64,000 nt of DNA from Amoeboaphelidium protococcarum X5 (GCA_023515725.1 JALDTO010000208.1:62001-126000); one strand, 5' to 3'; shown: positions 13,714 to 27,300, counted from the first letter of the stretch. Translations and numbers: made by a program. The notes: generated by a model from the letters alone, not told the origin.

Positions 13714-15513
13714 ATGGTTAATATTAAAGATCTGTTCAAGCTTGCGCCAGAAATCTTTACTCTCAATGACGCCATACGTAGCTGGACGTTGCAGTTTAAT
13801 GATTAGAAAATTGAGCGAGCATACCTCTATGCAATCAATCTAAAGTATCACAAATACACCAAAGCATTCACATATTTTGTTACCGCTGCTACGCTGCTTA
13901 ATGTCCTGTTCTACTGGATGACTGAGAGCACGTTCAGATTCTTTCTATACTCAATCAGTCTTGGCTTATCGTTATTACCCATCGTGTACTGCTGGTTCAG
14001 AGTGCGTCAGGTGCATATGATTCCACATATCCATCGCACTATGGCCATCTGCCTGTTTCTAGTGTCTTGGATATGGACAGTGGGTTAGCCTATAGTACTC
14101 CTCAGTCTTGGCGATTATTTGGATCTTGATTGTATGTCCATTATATGGATGTTCTTTCTGTTTGGCATCAACGTGATCAGACTGAGCGACTCACTTCCTC
14201 TATGTGCCGTTATTGTGGCTTCTCAATTTCTATGCTGCGTTATTGGACTGCTGGCGACGCGTCGATACAAAGAGATATTTCCGTACCTGGTGAATTACTT
14301 TATGCCGCTGCTTCTGGCGTTTGTATTTGCCTTTGTTGGGCGGTATGGGAGAGAGATGTTTATACGGCGCGTATTCTTGGTCAGGTACTTGTAGAACATA
14401 GAGCTGTTATGGAAGAAGAAGTTTGCTTCATCATCATCTAGATTTATAGTTGATCAGAGCTCTCTCAACGCAGAGATTGCTGAAATCAATGATAATGATG
14501 ATATTTTGGATATTATCACAAAGGACTTGCCTGGTATCATTTCACACATTCCGGATGCACTGTAATCTAGATACTCTCGGAGATCGCTGGACATTGTATG
14601 GAGAGATTTCTGGAAATACAAGATATGTATGTCTTTTGAGAATAACTGGCTGGAGCGATAGTTTGAAAAGTATTCCAACATTTTTGCCATAAATAGAATT
14701 AGATTGTTTATAACAGTGTCCACTGCTGCGTGCATATCCACAATGGTTCTGAATATTATACTGGGTCAGTCCACCGTGTTTGAGTATATAGTCAGGCTTG
14801 GCTATATCCCGTTGGTTGCCACTGTGTCTATGATTGTCATCCATTTGCCAGCTATTAATACGCGTCCTATGCTGTTGTAGTACATTATATCTATAGCGTG
14901 CTTCATGATTGTGGTGGGTAATTTGCTGTTGATAATGTAATAGCACGTTGATTTACAATTGGTGTACCAGCAATTGGATCCGTTTGGCGAGAATCCTTCT
15001 CTGAATACTCCCTCACATTCTAATGGCACTTTGATTGAGCATAATCTCAGATGGCTACCACCTCCACTTCTTAAGCCATTCACGTATAGCGAATTTGATA
15101 GGTACCAAGTGATTGACGGCTTTAATGTGACTAGTATTGCACCTAATGTTTATGCTGTTGTGAATGATAATCAGATTGTGATTGCCAGATACAATCAGGA
15201 GCTGCTGAATAAGTATATAGTTGGAGTGTCAAAGTATATCTCTCAATTGAATGGATTCATATTGTTGATGTCATTTCTAGCTCCATCTACTGGCATGAGG
15301 TTCCACTCGTATCTAATTGTATCGTCTCTGCTATTCATCACCATATTCATATCGTGTATGAACATTTGGATATTTGGGCAGCAAGTGGATGGCCAGACTG
15401 TGAGGATGCTCATTATTACCCTGTTTATCAACATATCATCTCTGTTTGTATCGCGGAGCACTGAGAGGGAAATGCGGAGGTTCTATTAAATGAAAGTTAT
15501 GTACAAGTTGTGA
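13714..15513 (+). CDS. Polytopic membrane protein (about 2x6 TM) resembling the membrane anchors of transmembrane adenylyl cyclases, without catalytic domains
   Basis: 599-aa intronless code-6 ORF with two hydrophobic blocks. Each is preceded by an F-x4-(I/L)E-x2-(Y/F) motif (TLQFNDQKIERAY; MSFENNWLERQF) and followed by an R-x2-3-E-x3-R-x1-2-F motif (GRYGREMFIRRVFL; SRSTEREMRRFY). The ORF is solid; the family call is inference. Confidence 0.6.
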
Positions 15514-15753
15514 TTGATTGATTCTTATGTGGTTCTTGTTACCTTGTTTGCTATGTCGCGTTCATTATATATACTCATATTTTCGTTGTTACTTTTGATC
15601 CATAAGCAAATATGTTTAAACTACAGGTAGACTCAAAAGTGATTTTGAGCTTACAAGTTTCATGTTGATGATAGAGTTGAAAGTAAGGTGCAAGTTAAAA
15701 AGATGGTCAAATCTAAACAAAATAAGTAATAGACGTATTTCAAACCATAAAAT

Positions 15754-16917
15754 TCATATACAATCGCGATGATATATCTAATTACCCAGAACCTGGACCC
15801 AACCGAGACTAACTGGTTAATAACAAGAGCCGCACAGAATAGACGTTTGAATACTCGGATTCAAATCAGACTAACGGGGGACAATGCTCGGAGGTGGAAG
15901 AAGCATCTTGAGTTTAACGTCTACTTCTCCATTATCAGCTACACCAACCTTCTTTAGCATATCATCAAATTCGGGTGAAGGTGGAGGACTAGGAAGCAAC
16001 AGCGCAAATTCATCCTACTACGGAGGAGGCGGCGGAGAGACGATATCATCTGGTAAAGGCTAAATGATCGGTGGTGGAATGTTCAGGACATCAAAGTGTA
16101 AGATATCATCAACTTTAAACGCGTCTTTGAACTACTGAGCTTCTTTATGTGATTCCACCAATAATTCAAAACTCTACTCAAGCTGTGGCGGTATCTCGTC
16201 TCGTTCCACCTAAAATCTCGACTCGTCGACTATTTACATCTATGGCATAGACGGCACAGATGGCCATTTAAACATCTTACGTTTATCCAATAATCGCTTC
16301 ATCATTAGCTCTTGATCATTTAAACAATGCCTGGTAATAACAATCTGAAAGTCACGCTCTTTCCGGTCATAGACGGAGCCCAAATATTTACATTACGACT
16401 GATCAACAATGATCTTTGATATTCTACTGAGTTGAATCTCTTTTATCACAGAGGGATCCTTTTGCTCCTTAAAGATTCTAGTGCCAGCGATATTTAAACA
16501 CTATAACCTCTCAAACTCCTGCAACATCCCTTCTTGAATGGACTAAATTTATTCATTATCAGCTATAGATAGAAATTTCACGGTTTGACACGAGGCTATG
16601 CTCTATGGGAATAGAGTAAGTGCATTATTGGACAGATCAACCAGCTGCAGACATTGAAATCGCGTCCAATACACCATCTATACAGCACTGTCAGTCAATT
16701 GATTTCCACAGAGATACAGCCATCGCAAAGGCAATTCTGTTAATACATTGGGAATATCAGTGATAAAATTGTCATTGCAGCATAGAGTAGTCAATCGCTG
16801 AAATAGGCCCACATCAGTCGGGATAGAGTCCAATCCAAGTCCACTAATGCTCAGAAACTCAATATCGAAATCAACCTCTTCCTCTTCCTCTTCAGATATA
16901 TGTGACAAGTTGTCCAT
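15754..16917 (-). CDS. Leucine-rich-repeat protein with Pro-rich linker and C-terminal half-LIM zinc finger
   Basis: LRRs (LTTLCCNDNFITDIP, LRWLYLCGNQL, LQLVDLSNNAL), polyPro tracts, and CGSCY(Q)PV...VLGN(Q)IYHRDCI at the C-terminus. 387 aa. Confidence 0.75.
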
Positions 16918-17386
16918 CTCAAAAATATAGATATAAATTAAATAAATATGCAATTTAAAATGTGGCGCGTGGAGAAGAAAGTCTGAGCTATAATGCAATG
17001 CGTGTAAGGGATTACACTTGGTTGGTAGCCCCTTGATCAAGAGAAGCAGCGCATTCAAATCAATTCTGCGTGTGTGATGTACTGATCAGCATTTCTCAAG
17101 AGGTAAGATAATGACTTGATCAAATAAATCATCTAGTAAAAGCAAGCGTATATCGGCTAATTTTAGGTGGTTAATAGAATTTTATTCACTAAAAATCCCT
17201 AATAAGTCTCATAGTAACAGCATAGAACGGTAACGTGCAACAGTTGAATTGCCGTACTTAGTAAACTCTCAATTTGATAGCAAAAAAGTACGTTGTTACT
17301 CGAATCGAATTCAAAATTTAGTGATAACAGAACACAACTCAAAAATAGAACACAAGAGATATTCAGACAGAATATTGGTACTGCAG

Positions 17387-18379
17387 TCAGACTTGAAGAT
17401 TAAGCGCTTCCATATCGACTTTCTGGTCACGCTTGTGGAGATATCTGGTGCGCTTCTTTATTCCCAGCATGATCAAAATTGGATCAAGGCAGCCACAGTC
17501 AGGATATGCAAGCCATACAAAAGGGTTCACGTTCACAACAAATACAGCCCACATGAAGTAGTAGAGAACTTGCCACAAAATGTAGAACGCACGGTAAATT
17601 GATGAGAATTGTACAGTAAGACCAACTTTACGTAAACCGTCAGATTGATTTTGAGATTAGAACACCATACTAACGTACTGACTCTAACCACGCTCAATAA
17701 TACACGGCTTATCAGCGCATACGTGACCGAATAGCAAGTAAAACTTGGGTACTTGAAATTGAACCTGAATATCAAGTTCTAGACCTTAAACATCGCTGAA
17801 AGCAACTGAGGCTTATACTTCCTTTTGCAAATACTCAGAATTTTTATCCTTAATACTAAGAAAGTTACCGCCATTCTTCTGCGAATCACACTCTTGGTTA
17901 TGAAAATTTAGAGTGTAATTGTTCATAGTCTAGTTCAAGTAACATCTCAGGGCTGTCGATCCCAAAATCAAAGTCGCGAACCCGTCTGGATTCTGCGGCG
18001 AACCTTTACAGCTCATTTCCACAGTGACATTAGTGAAGCATTAATGTATCCACTAATTAAACCAGGCGGCGGATTAAACGCCTTACGATTCTTAATGCGA
18101 AATGATAATCTTTTTCTTATACATTGGACCATCGACAATGGACATATTCTCCGGCTGATCGTACGCGTATTGCAATAAAACACCATCAGGCAAATCAACT
18201 GCAACACTTTCCCAACCATTCATTGCAATTTACCAGTGAGATGTCAGGTTTCCAGTTACTGCTACATCCTTACCATTCATCTTTCCATACTCAGAAAATC
18301 TGGGGTAGGTCAGATACAGTGTGGCCACTAATAGAGCATATGCAGCGACACATACATACAAAACGCGAATTACAACCAT
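17387..18379 (-). CDS. Uncharacterised membrane protein, tandem paralogue A (N-terminal hydrophobic helix, ectodomain, C-terminal TM)
   Basis: 330-aa code-6 ORF collinear with 18732-19733 (shared NLTSHW(Q)IA, DLPDGV, YAYDQP, VDGPMY, GSPQNP, CIIERG). Confidence 0.8.
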
Positions 18380-18731
18380 ACTATTAGCGAGTATATGTAT
18401 ATCGATATTAGCAGTAGAACTATATTTAAAATGAGGAAGGGGATTGTATATGGACAAACCGAAATGTTTGGTTGAGATATCTTTCCATATTTAACGATGA
18501 TTTGTAATGTCACGTGCTTGCTTTCAAAACTTGGGTGCCTTGTCAAAGCGAGCTGTCAAATACAATGGCGATTAAATGGAGTTTAAAGCTTCGGCGTTGA
18601 CATACGAACCAGAAAAGATCTTTGGCTATTATTAAAATAATGTTCATTTCAAATTTAAGATATTTCATTTCCAATAGAGAAACCAACTCAATTCATCTCA
18701 CTACTTGTCACAAAGATCTTAGAGCAAAAAT

Positions 18732-19733
18732 TCAAACTTGATCAGCAGGATTCAGCACCTTCATTTCAGTTTTTAAATCTCTTTGACGTTAGTTTCTAGC
18801 GCGATACTTCATTCTGATCATAATCAGTATAGGATTGCAACAACCGAATGCTGCATATAACACCCAAGTCCATGGATTCACGCTAAATAAAGCAATTCCG
18901 CAAATCACCAGATAGAATAGTTCCCACAAAATATAGAATGCACCATAAACTGGTTCATACTAAACCTTAAAACTTACACCGACAGCTGGAGAAGATTGAG
19001 TTCCCGATTGTAGCACCAGACTGACATAATCACTTTGACCACGCTCAATAATACACTTTTGACTAGCGCATAAGTTAGCAGATGGAACACTAAACTCGGG
19101 AACGTGGAATTTAACCTTAATATCCAAATCCAAGTCCTGGACATTGTTCAATGCAACGCTGCTTTATACTTCACGCTACCAATATTCAGACTTACGGGTG
19201 CCTTTATCGAAAAAGTTGCCGCCATTCTTCTTTTCATCACACTACTGGTCTTTAAAACTAACAGCATAATTGTTTTCAGTCTTATTCATATAACATTTTA
19301 GAGCTTGGTTAAATCCTAAATTCAAAATCACAAAACCATTTGGATTCTGCGGAGATCCTTAACAGCGCATTTCCACTGTGGCAGTCGTAAGGCACGTATG
19401 GATTGACTAGTTGAACCATACCGCCCTCTCCAAAACTGAATATTCTGAATTAGAAAAGCGAATCTTCTTTGTATACATGGGACCGTCAACCATAGATATA
19501 TTGACAGGCTGATCGTACGCGTAATGCACTTTCACACCATCAGGCAAATCCAATGCAACAGATTTCCACCCATTGGAAGCAATTTACCAGTGAGACGTCA
19601 GATTAGCAGCCACCTTGATATCCCTAGTAGTCATTTAACCGTACTCTGAGTATTTAGGATAGCTCAGATACAGTGTGGCCACTACCAAAACAAATACGGC
19701 GATACAAACGTATATAACGCGTATTACAAACAT
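18732..19733 (-). CDS. Uncharacterised membrane protein, tandem paralogue B
   Basis: 333-aa code-6 ORF, paralogue of 17387-18379 with shared Cys positions and a shared TAA at W-Q-I. Confidence 0.8.
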
Positions 19734-20569
19734 GACTTATACTGATTAAAATTTGAGAGATCAAATAATAAACAAGATGAAATTTAATAGCATTAAACGC
19801 GAGACATTAAGGAAGTACCATCATGAGTTTTGCCTGATTAATAATAGCACGTGCTTTTGTCAAGTTAAATTCGAAAACTGCCCACAATGCGAAACGCCAC
19901 TCTCTCATTATATAAAAAGCAATTACGAAATTATTCAGTGAAGAAACCATAAGTGATTACTGTCATACCAATGCTACAAATATAGAACTCAAAGTATACC
20001 ATACTAAGTAGTTAATTTTTATACGAGACTACGAAGTGATATTAAATTCATAAATTCACTTATCACTCACATTATGATAAAGCAATTGTAAGCATTACAT
20101 AAAGAAATTCTCGTGTCAATAGAAAATAAAACAAATAAACATTTGGTATTCCAAAAGGTAAACAGCGCTAAGAGTTCTTTAAAGTTTTGAAACAATATTT
20201 CCAGATTCCCGGTGTGAGTCATTTCTTCTTTAAGGGAACGCCCCACTTCCTGTCATTAAATGTGCGACTGCGAATCGATCACTTGATTACGACTCATCCG
20301 TTGTTGTTGTTGAGGATCAACGCGCAGAAAGGGAGAAGTGGCGAAAGAGAGAGAGGCGAAATGAAACGAAACGGAACAAACGCGTCTAGATTTTCTCACA
20401 GACTTGACCAACATTTGATCACTCACTCACTCACTGCTTTGCTTGCTTGCCTGTTCTCATCTCTTTGAGTCTTTGAATACTATTGCACTCACTCCATAAT
20501 ATTGAGGGGGAGTTATTTTTGGGTTTACAATTTACTACTATAGTTTACATATATATTCTCTGTCAATCC

Positions 20570-22162
20570 ATGGTTGTATTCTCTGGTGCTTAATCTCATC
20601 TATTTATACTGTGTCTGTGTTTGGTTGCTGTGTGTTGTTAATAGGTGATTCTTCGTAATGACCATGAACGGTATGAGATCGAACAGTAGTTGATTTAATT
20701 GTCTCTGAATGATGAGGTACCATCGTTGAATACTGAGTAATCTGGTGGTTAGAGCGATGTGAGGTTGAATGGTGCGGATTTGTTTGATTCTTAGTCTGTA
20801 AAAGCGTGGGAACTGCTTACTCAATTGGCATAAAACTCGCCTCAACAAGATGCTGCTAGTTTATATGCACAATAGTTGGTGGAATTGAGTAGAGAAAATT
20901 TTACAGAGTTTCTTGATCGCACAGAGTTCAAGTATTCGTATACTGATGGAGATTAATAAAGTGATTCATAAGAGAATGTTGTTGATAGTGATGATGATCA
21001 ACTCGTGTTGAAGAAGAGAGTACAAGCGTTGCCACAGATTGAGCAACACAGAAAGGCTGAATTGACTCTATATGCTTCTCTGGCGGCCTCATCTTATTGT
21101 ATGTCTTGGAATTTGTATCCGTAGTGGAAGTGTGGATATCCTCGTTGTAAAAATGGTGATCTCACTATGGATGCCATTAGAGATCCGTCAAGCAACGCCA
21201 CATAGTCATCATAATCATCTCCGCCGTTCTCTTCTGGCGGTGCAGCATAGCAAGATATACTAGCATCCACCAAGAGCCACATGTATTTTCATGGTAAATC
21301 TTCGGGAATGACTGGTTATATTGCAACTAATTCTCTGTTGGATCAGCATCATTCTTAAGATGGTTATGACGTGGATTAGTATCCTGGTTACAAGAAGAAG
21401 ACTATTGTGATTGCGTTTAGAGGTTCTATGAATCTGAAGAATTTTGTGCATGACCTGAAGTTCTCACTTTTGGAATATATTTATCCAGAAGGTCCGTAAC
21501 ACAATCGTATCCACTTGGGGTTCTGGAAGGTGTGGACGGATGTTTAAGACTAGATCGTGGATAGTATAAGTGAGGTTATGAAACAGGAGTTGGCTGAATA
21601 GCCTTTGAATTCACCTAAAGTGTGGTTCGAGTTCATCTTGACTGGTCACTCGTTGGGTGGAGCTGCAGCTATCATAGGAGCTCTGGAACTGAGACGTTAT
21701 GCTGTCTAAGGTAGATTTCCCGTTCTGAAGAATCTTCTTGGACACGATGGTGGCTATGCCTTTTACGAGAATGCAGCAGTATCCTTCAGAACATACACAT
21801 TTGGTGAGCCGCGCGTGGGAAATGCCGTCTTTGCCAGCTGGTTGATGAAGATGAAGAATTTCCCTGTGCAGAGAACCACTTATTACTCTGACTTGGTCAC
21901 TCACTTGCCACCGAGGAAGGCATTTCCTATCATTATAGGCAAGTACAAGACTTATCTGCATCACACGGCCGAATCGTTCATCGTAAAATCTATGGATCAA
22001 GTTTGGAGCTGTGATGGTCATGGTGATTTGAGTGGTAAGTTGAAAGGCAGCGACGATGAATTGTATCCTTAGGAGAATGTACTCTGCTCTAGTGGTATCA
22101 AGAACCTCAACATATTCTCACACTTGACTTATTTCCACATTTTATTTGGCCCCTGGTGTTGA
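20570..22162 (+). CDS. Secreted class-3 lipase with long pro-region
   Basis: Signal-like N-terminus; TIVIAFRGS, IHLGF, LTGHSLGGAAA (GHSLG at 21644), YTFGEPRVGN, SDLVTHLPP, HLTYF. 530 aa. Confidence 0.9.
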
Positions 22163-22360
22163 GCTATGTTGTCGTAGTATGATATAATAGTTGCGTAAGG
22201 ATACAGTGGAAAGTGTATCAGAGTACAATGTATTTGTAAAATTTTAATTGCTGGTCGGTGTTGGTGTAAAAAAAATTTTTAGTTGTAAAATGAAGTATTA
22301 GAATTAAGTAAATGAAATGTAATATCATGGAATAAAGCGTTGAGCATTTTAGTTTCATAT

Positions 22361-24142
22361 TCACAGAGTTGGTGCATTGACAATAAACAGCGAATTCTCT
22401 TCAGTCTTGATCCATTTGAGAAGAGAATTGACAGCGTTATGCGCATTGCCTTTGGTAACGAATGGTCCAAATAAAGCAAACAGCTCGAACGATGGCGTAA
22501 TCCAGCCGTATATAGACTCGTGCTCTGTGACAGCAAACTGCACTTTATCTTGATTCTATACACTTGTCATACTACATCTCATGCTCTAGTACAATCTCAT
22601 GATCCTACATATCCGAAAACATTCAACAACGATGATAACAATGCATGCATTGCGCACAAGTCTATCACGATCAACATTACCTTCTCTACTCGACATAGTT
22701 GTCTTTGTATGGTTGTTCAAATCGAGGCATGGTGTACTGTATGTTCTGCTTACTCTTGTATATAAAATGTCTTAACCCGTGTACTTATACTGCATCTACA
22801 TTATTATACAAGTCGCACGTAAAAAATATCCTCAAAATACGCTCGTATACATAACATACTTACTAATGTCATAATCACTTCGGCGCACAGCATCTTGCAG
22901 TAGATACAGAGAGCCGGACTGACTGAGCTCATTAACAATCTTTTGCTTACATTCACTCATTCTGTGAAAGTCGGTAGCGTCACTGCTCACCAAGATCAGA
23001 CATAGATTTGAGGATGGAGGTGGATAGTTGGGAGTAATATAGCTGATGTAAGCATGCAAAAATGACTAATCAGTGAACTTGGGTAGACAGATGGGCATCC
23101 ATGACTCGGGTGATGTCTTGAACGAGGTGGACGAATTCACCATGTTGATGATCAAATGCAGGTCGGATGGATGGAACGAGTGCTTGGATGGCCGCAAAAT
23201 GGTAATCAACTATCTACCCACAATGAGCATACCATACAACAATTAGAAGCCACCACTACCTGATTGACTGTTTTTCATCGCAGACTTGATTCCATTCAAT
23301 AGACCATTTCCCACGACTTACCTCAACTAATCAGACATCTTCAAAGTCTTTACAGCATTAAATACGTAACAGGGATCGAATCCAACAGATTCACATAGAT
23401 GATCCAAGAACGCCTCAGTACCACCAAGTAGTCGTCTAAGATCAAAATTTGGATGCTGTTTGAATATCCGAGTAAGTTGCGTGGTTGTAGTGATTGATAC
23501 AATCTGATAGTGGAGCCACAGCAACTGCTCTCTTAATGCAACCTCTGGTTCATCTGTACGCGATACCAATACATAATACAGAGGGCCACGTAACAAAAAC
23601 ACAACCTTCATCCCATTGCATTGTATGCTCTTTATCTGATCATCATCCTCTTGGTACGTGGCAATAATAACTTACAGTAGACCGACCAGGCAGGCGAGTA
23701 GATTCTCATCGCCATACCGACTATACACTGGTTTCCCGGCAGAACTGAACAGGAAGAAGTGCTTCTCATGTCGCTTCCATTCCAGCTGATATGGTGATTG
23801 TTAAGCATAATGTCTAATTCTACCAGATCCAATACCAGTGTCATCTGGTCTCTCCTTGTTCTATTCACTCAGAGTCTGTCGGATGGCCTTGTGCGATATA
23901 ATACCCGTGGGCGATACTAGATACGGCGACGGACCATTAGACACTATACTAGAAGCTCTTGACTCTCTCACAGGATTATCTATATTCTAATACAGTTAAC
24001 CTTCTAAACTTCCCCGTCTCAAATTTAAATCTGTTAGCTGCTCTTGAACCTCCATTTCTGTGTGCGTCTAATCAGATTTACATTCAACTTCCAACTTGTC
24101 TTCCTACAGCGATGCTCTCTACTTTTGCGATACTGGTTCCAT
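22361..24142 (-). CDS. MON1: Vacuolar fusion protein Mon1 (Rab7/Ypt7 GEF subunit)
   Basis: KHFFLFSSAGKPVYSRYGDE, NFDLRRLLGGTE, HPSDLHLIIN, ESWMPICLPKF, LRHFIYKSK, YGWITPSFELF. Introns 22796-22863 and 22605-22680. Confidence 0.93.
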
Positions 24143-24362
24143 ATTTTATAATGATGATGATATTTTAGATTCTGTCAATTACCACAAGCAGATATAGATA
24201 CAAATTAGAATGCGATATTATTGAAGAATGGGTTTTATAACGAAGAAAGGCGGAACGAACGTCAGAATAGCGTTATAGTAAACTCTCCTTTTTAGGCTAT
24301 GGATGATCAATTAAATAAACCGCGCCAAATTGAATACAGATAACTAAATTGAGGGCGATATT

Positions 24363-25237
24363 ATGAAGGTATCATTACAATTGATTAATAGAATTTAACT
24401 ATCAGCGTATTTCAACGGAAGTAACTGTAGTTTATAACTTAGAACGAGGCTAGCGAGATTGATTTGAAACTTGTGAATGATTATAAAATGTCGATTGCGA
24501 TTTTGATGGAGTTAGCTGGACAAGCCGTGGCATAATGTATCGTTGATTAATACTCTGGTTAGTAGAAAAATCATAAAATTCTGTTCATCTGCGGTCCCGG
24601 TAATAATGGTGGTGATGGACTGGTTGCAGCGCGTCATTTAACTTTAATGGATCCGCAGCGATGGTAGTGTACTGTCTGTTATCCGACGAAGGAGCGCAGT
24701 ATGTAGAAAGATTTATATGCAGGTTTGATTCAATAATTAGATGCTTTGAAAGTAAGAATTGTTACAGAGTTGCCAGTCCTATCAGAGTTTGATATTGTTG
24801 TTGATGCGATATTCGGATTCGGATTTAAAGGCGCTGTACGTGAACCATTTGATCGCGTCCTGTCTCAACTGTTCTAAAGTAAATAATTAATCATCTCAAT
24901 TGATGTTCCATCTGGTTGGAATGTCGACAGCGGTATTATATCATTCTAGTATCGAATTGAACTATTACAGTATTGTGTAGAAGTCCAAATGCCGCTTCAA
25001 TCTAGCCTTATCAGTCCTCGAATGGTGATCTCTCTGACAGCACCCAAAATTTGCATGAAATAATACAAAGGCATTCATTATTTGGCTGGGCGCTTTATTC
25101 CAAGGTAGGATATAGTATAATGTTCTTAATCTTAATCCGATATATCTCTTAATGATACGCGAGTTTGTAGAGAGTTGGCCGAGTAGTATAATCTCATTCT
25201 GCCCTACTAGAACGGGGAAGTATTTTTTAAACTGTGA
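24363..25237 (+). CDS. NAXE: NAD(P)H-hydrate epimerase (YjeF_N)
   Basis: [63 protein letters not shown]. Introns 24369-24430, 24933-24980 and 25105-25170. Confidence 0.92.
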
Positions 25238-25436
25238 ACTGCTACATCAATACATTCACAAAAGAAATTGTTATCGTTAAATATTATTCGTAACATCTAT
25301 AGTCTGCTCTAATGACATGAACACATTACTGTACTTTATTGCGAGCTTTCTAATACTTATCATGTTGATCTCTAATTGATTTTTTACTTTCATCGCCATA
25401 AAATAACTTTTCTCATTGTCAGAAGATTGATTCAAA

Positions 25437-26606
25437 ATGGATAATATTCCGGGCTATAAGCGGCCACCTCTGGATGTTCCGCTTCCTAGTCAGATGGGCT
25501 CACCTAAGAGGGTACCATCACCAGACTTCTTTCCTCCATCCAACCTCAGATCAGATTCTAGTGCAATGGCAAGATCCGTCGGAATCGCTAGTACGAGAAA
25601 TGTCACGTTAGAAAGGAGTTCCTACTTGTAGAATATGCTATAAAAGATGAGTAAAAAGAGAGCTAATATTGCTGGAGAGAGTTACTATTGTACACCTGTT
25701 AAATGTATTAATACTCAATCTGACCTCACAGCTTGGAACAAGTCTGAAGCATTCGACACGTTAATGACGTTCTTGATGGTTATTAACACCTCCTTTATTG
25801 GAGTGACGCGTTAAATTGCAGTCATTGAAAGTTCAAAAGTACTAACTATTGTCTAGTTGATTGATCAGTTGGATGAATGGATCCAAGAAATACCTCCTGT
25901 TGAATAGCCTTAGCGATTTGGTAATGTAGCATTTAAACAGTGGCTGCAGCGAGTTACCGATAAGTCGGAGTAAATGTTGGAGCAATTGGAACTACCTCAA
26001 GATGCCATTCCAGAGTTGAAAGAGTATTGGGTGCATTCTTTTGGTAATCAGACAAGGTTAGATTATGGCAGTGGTCATGAGTTGAACTTTTTTGCATTTC
26101 TTACGTGTCTGGACCTTTTGAGTTACTTCTCCTTGGATGATTACCCGCATGTATCATTCACAATCTTTAATCGATACTTGCATTTGGTTAGGAAACTGCA
26201 GCGAGTATACAAATTGGAACCAGCCGGCAGTCATGGTGTTTGGGGACTTGATGATTATCAATTCATTGCGTATATACTTGGAAGTGCCCAGCTGATTGAC
26301 CATCCTCACTTGAAAGCAAAGTCTATTCTGAACAAAGACGTCGTGGACAGTTGCAAGAGTGAGTACATGTTTATGGGATGTATTGCATTTATACATGAAA
26401 TGAAGAGTGGCCCATTCCATGAGCATTCGCCCTATCTGTATGATGTTAGTGGAATCAAAAGTGGTGGATGGGAACGCGTTAATCGCGGCCTTTTGAAGAT
26501 GTTTCTGGGTGAGGTGTTGGGTAAGTTTCCTATTGTGTAGCATTTCAAGTTTGGCTCTCTTCTACCTTGGAAAGATGCAATACAGTGTCAAGATAATACT
26601 AAATGA
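25437..26606 (+). CDS. PTPA: PP2A phosphatase activator PTPA (Rrd1/Rrd2 family)
   Basis: (Q)RFGNVAF, SFGNQTRLDYGSGHEL, YKLEPAGSHGVWGLDDY, EVLGKFPIV(Q)HFKFGSL. 389 aa. Confidence 0.95.
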
Positions 26607-26769
26607 TTTGTTTGTAATATCTTTTGGAGTGCTTAGTTTACCTTTTTATGGATGTTTCAGCTTTCATAGATAGCGTTAAAGCACTTAAAAATGTTACGCG
26701 TCAAAGTATTTTGTATTATCAGAGCCTTTGGTAAAACTAAGAAGATCCATGAAATACGAAAAGTGTAAA

Positions 26770-27300
26770 ACTCAAGACAACTAAAAAATGGCCTTGTTTA
26801 ACTTATATTTTTCTCACTCTATACTCATATTTCCCGTTGTCTCAGAGGAAGGACTCTGCAGTTTTTAAGAGCTTCCCTTCATACTGGCAACCACCTCTCC
26901 CAGATTGCGTACCTTGGTCAGCAGTTTTTAATTCAGCTCCCACAACGCGTTAGAAGTCTTCCAATTCTTCTTTTAAAACAGAAGTTTGCACACTTTACAG
27001 CTGTTCCTGCAAACACAAGATCACCTTGCTCAAAATGCTCAAGATAACAACTAATCTATAAGCATATTTAACTTATATTTTCTCATTCCGTACTCATTTT
27101 ACCAGTTGCCTCAGAGGAAGGACTCTGAGCACCCTGAGCCTCTGTCTTTAAACGAGAGACTTCTTCCTCAAGATGACTGATTTTAGCCATAAAGTTTTTA
27201 ATTCAGCTCCCACATTGCGTTAGAAGTCTTCTAGGCAGTTTGAGTTATAATTCGTTTACGGCTTTTCTTGTAAACAAGAGATAGTCTTGTTATAAGACTC
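26770..27300 (-). repeat. Diverged two-copy tandem duplication, period about 270 bp, with short coding-like segments
   Basis: Shared blocks TTTAACTTATATTT..CTCAGAGGAAGGACTCTG (about 26797/27067) and GTTTTTAATTCAGCTCCCACA..GCGTTAGAAGTCTTC (about 26924/27194). Confidence 0.8.

Noticed and set aside
26770-27300. Tandem duplicate as a CRISPR-like array or LTR pair
   Set aside because: Only two adjacent diverged units, with no spacers, no internal retroelement sequence and no terminal signatures seen.
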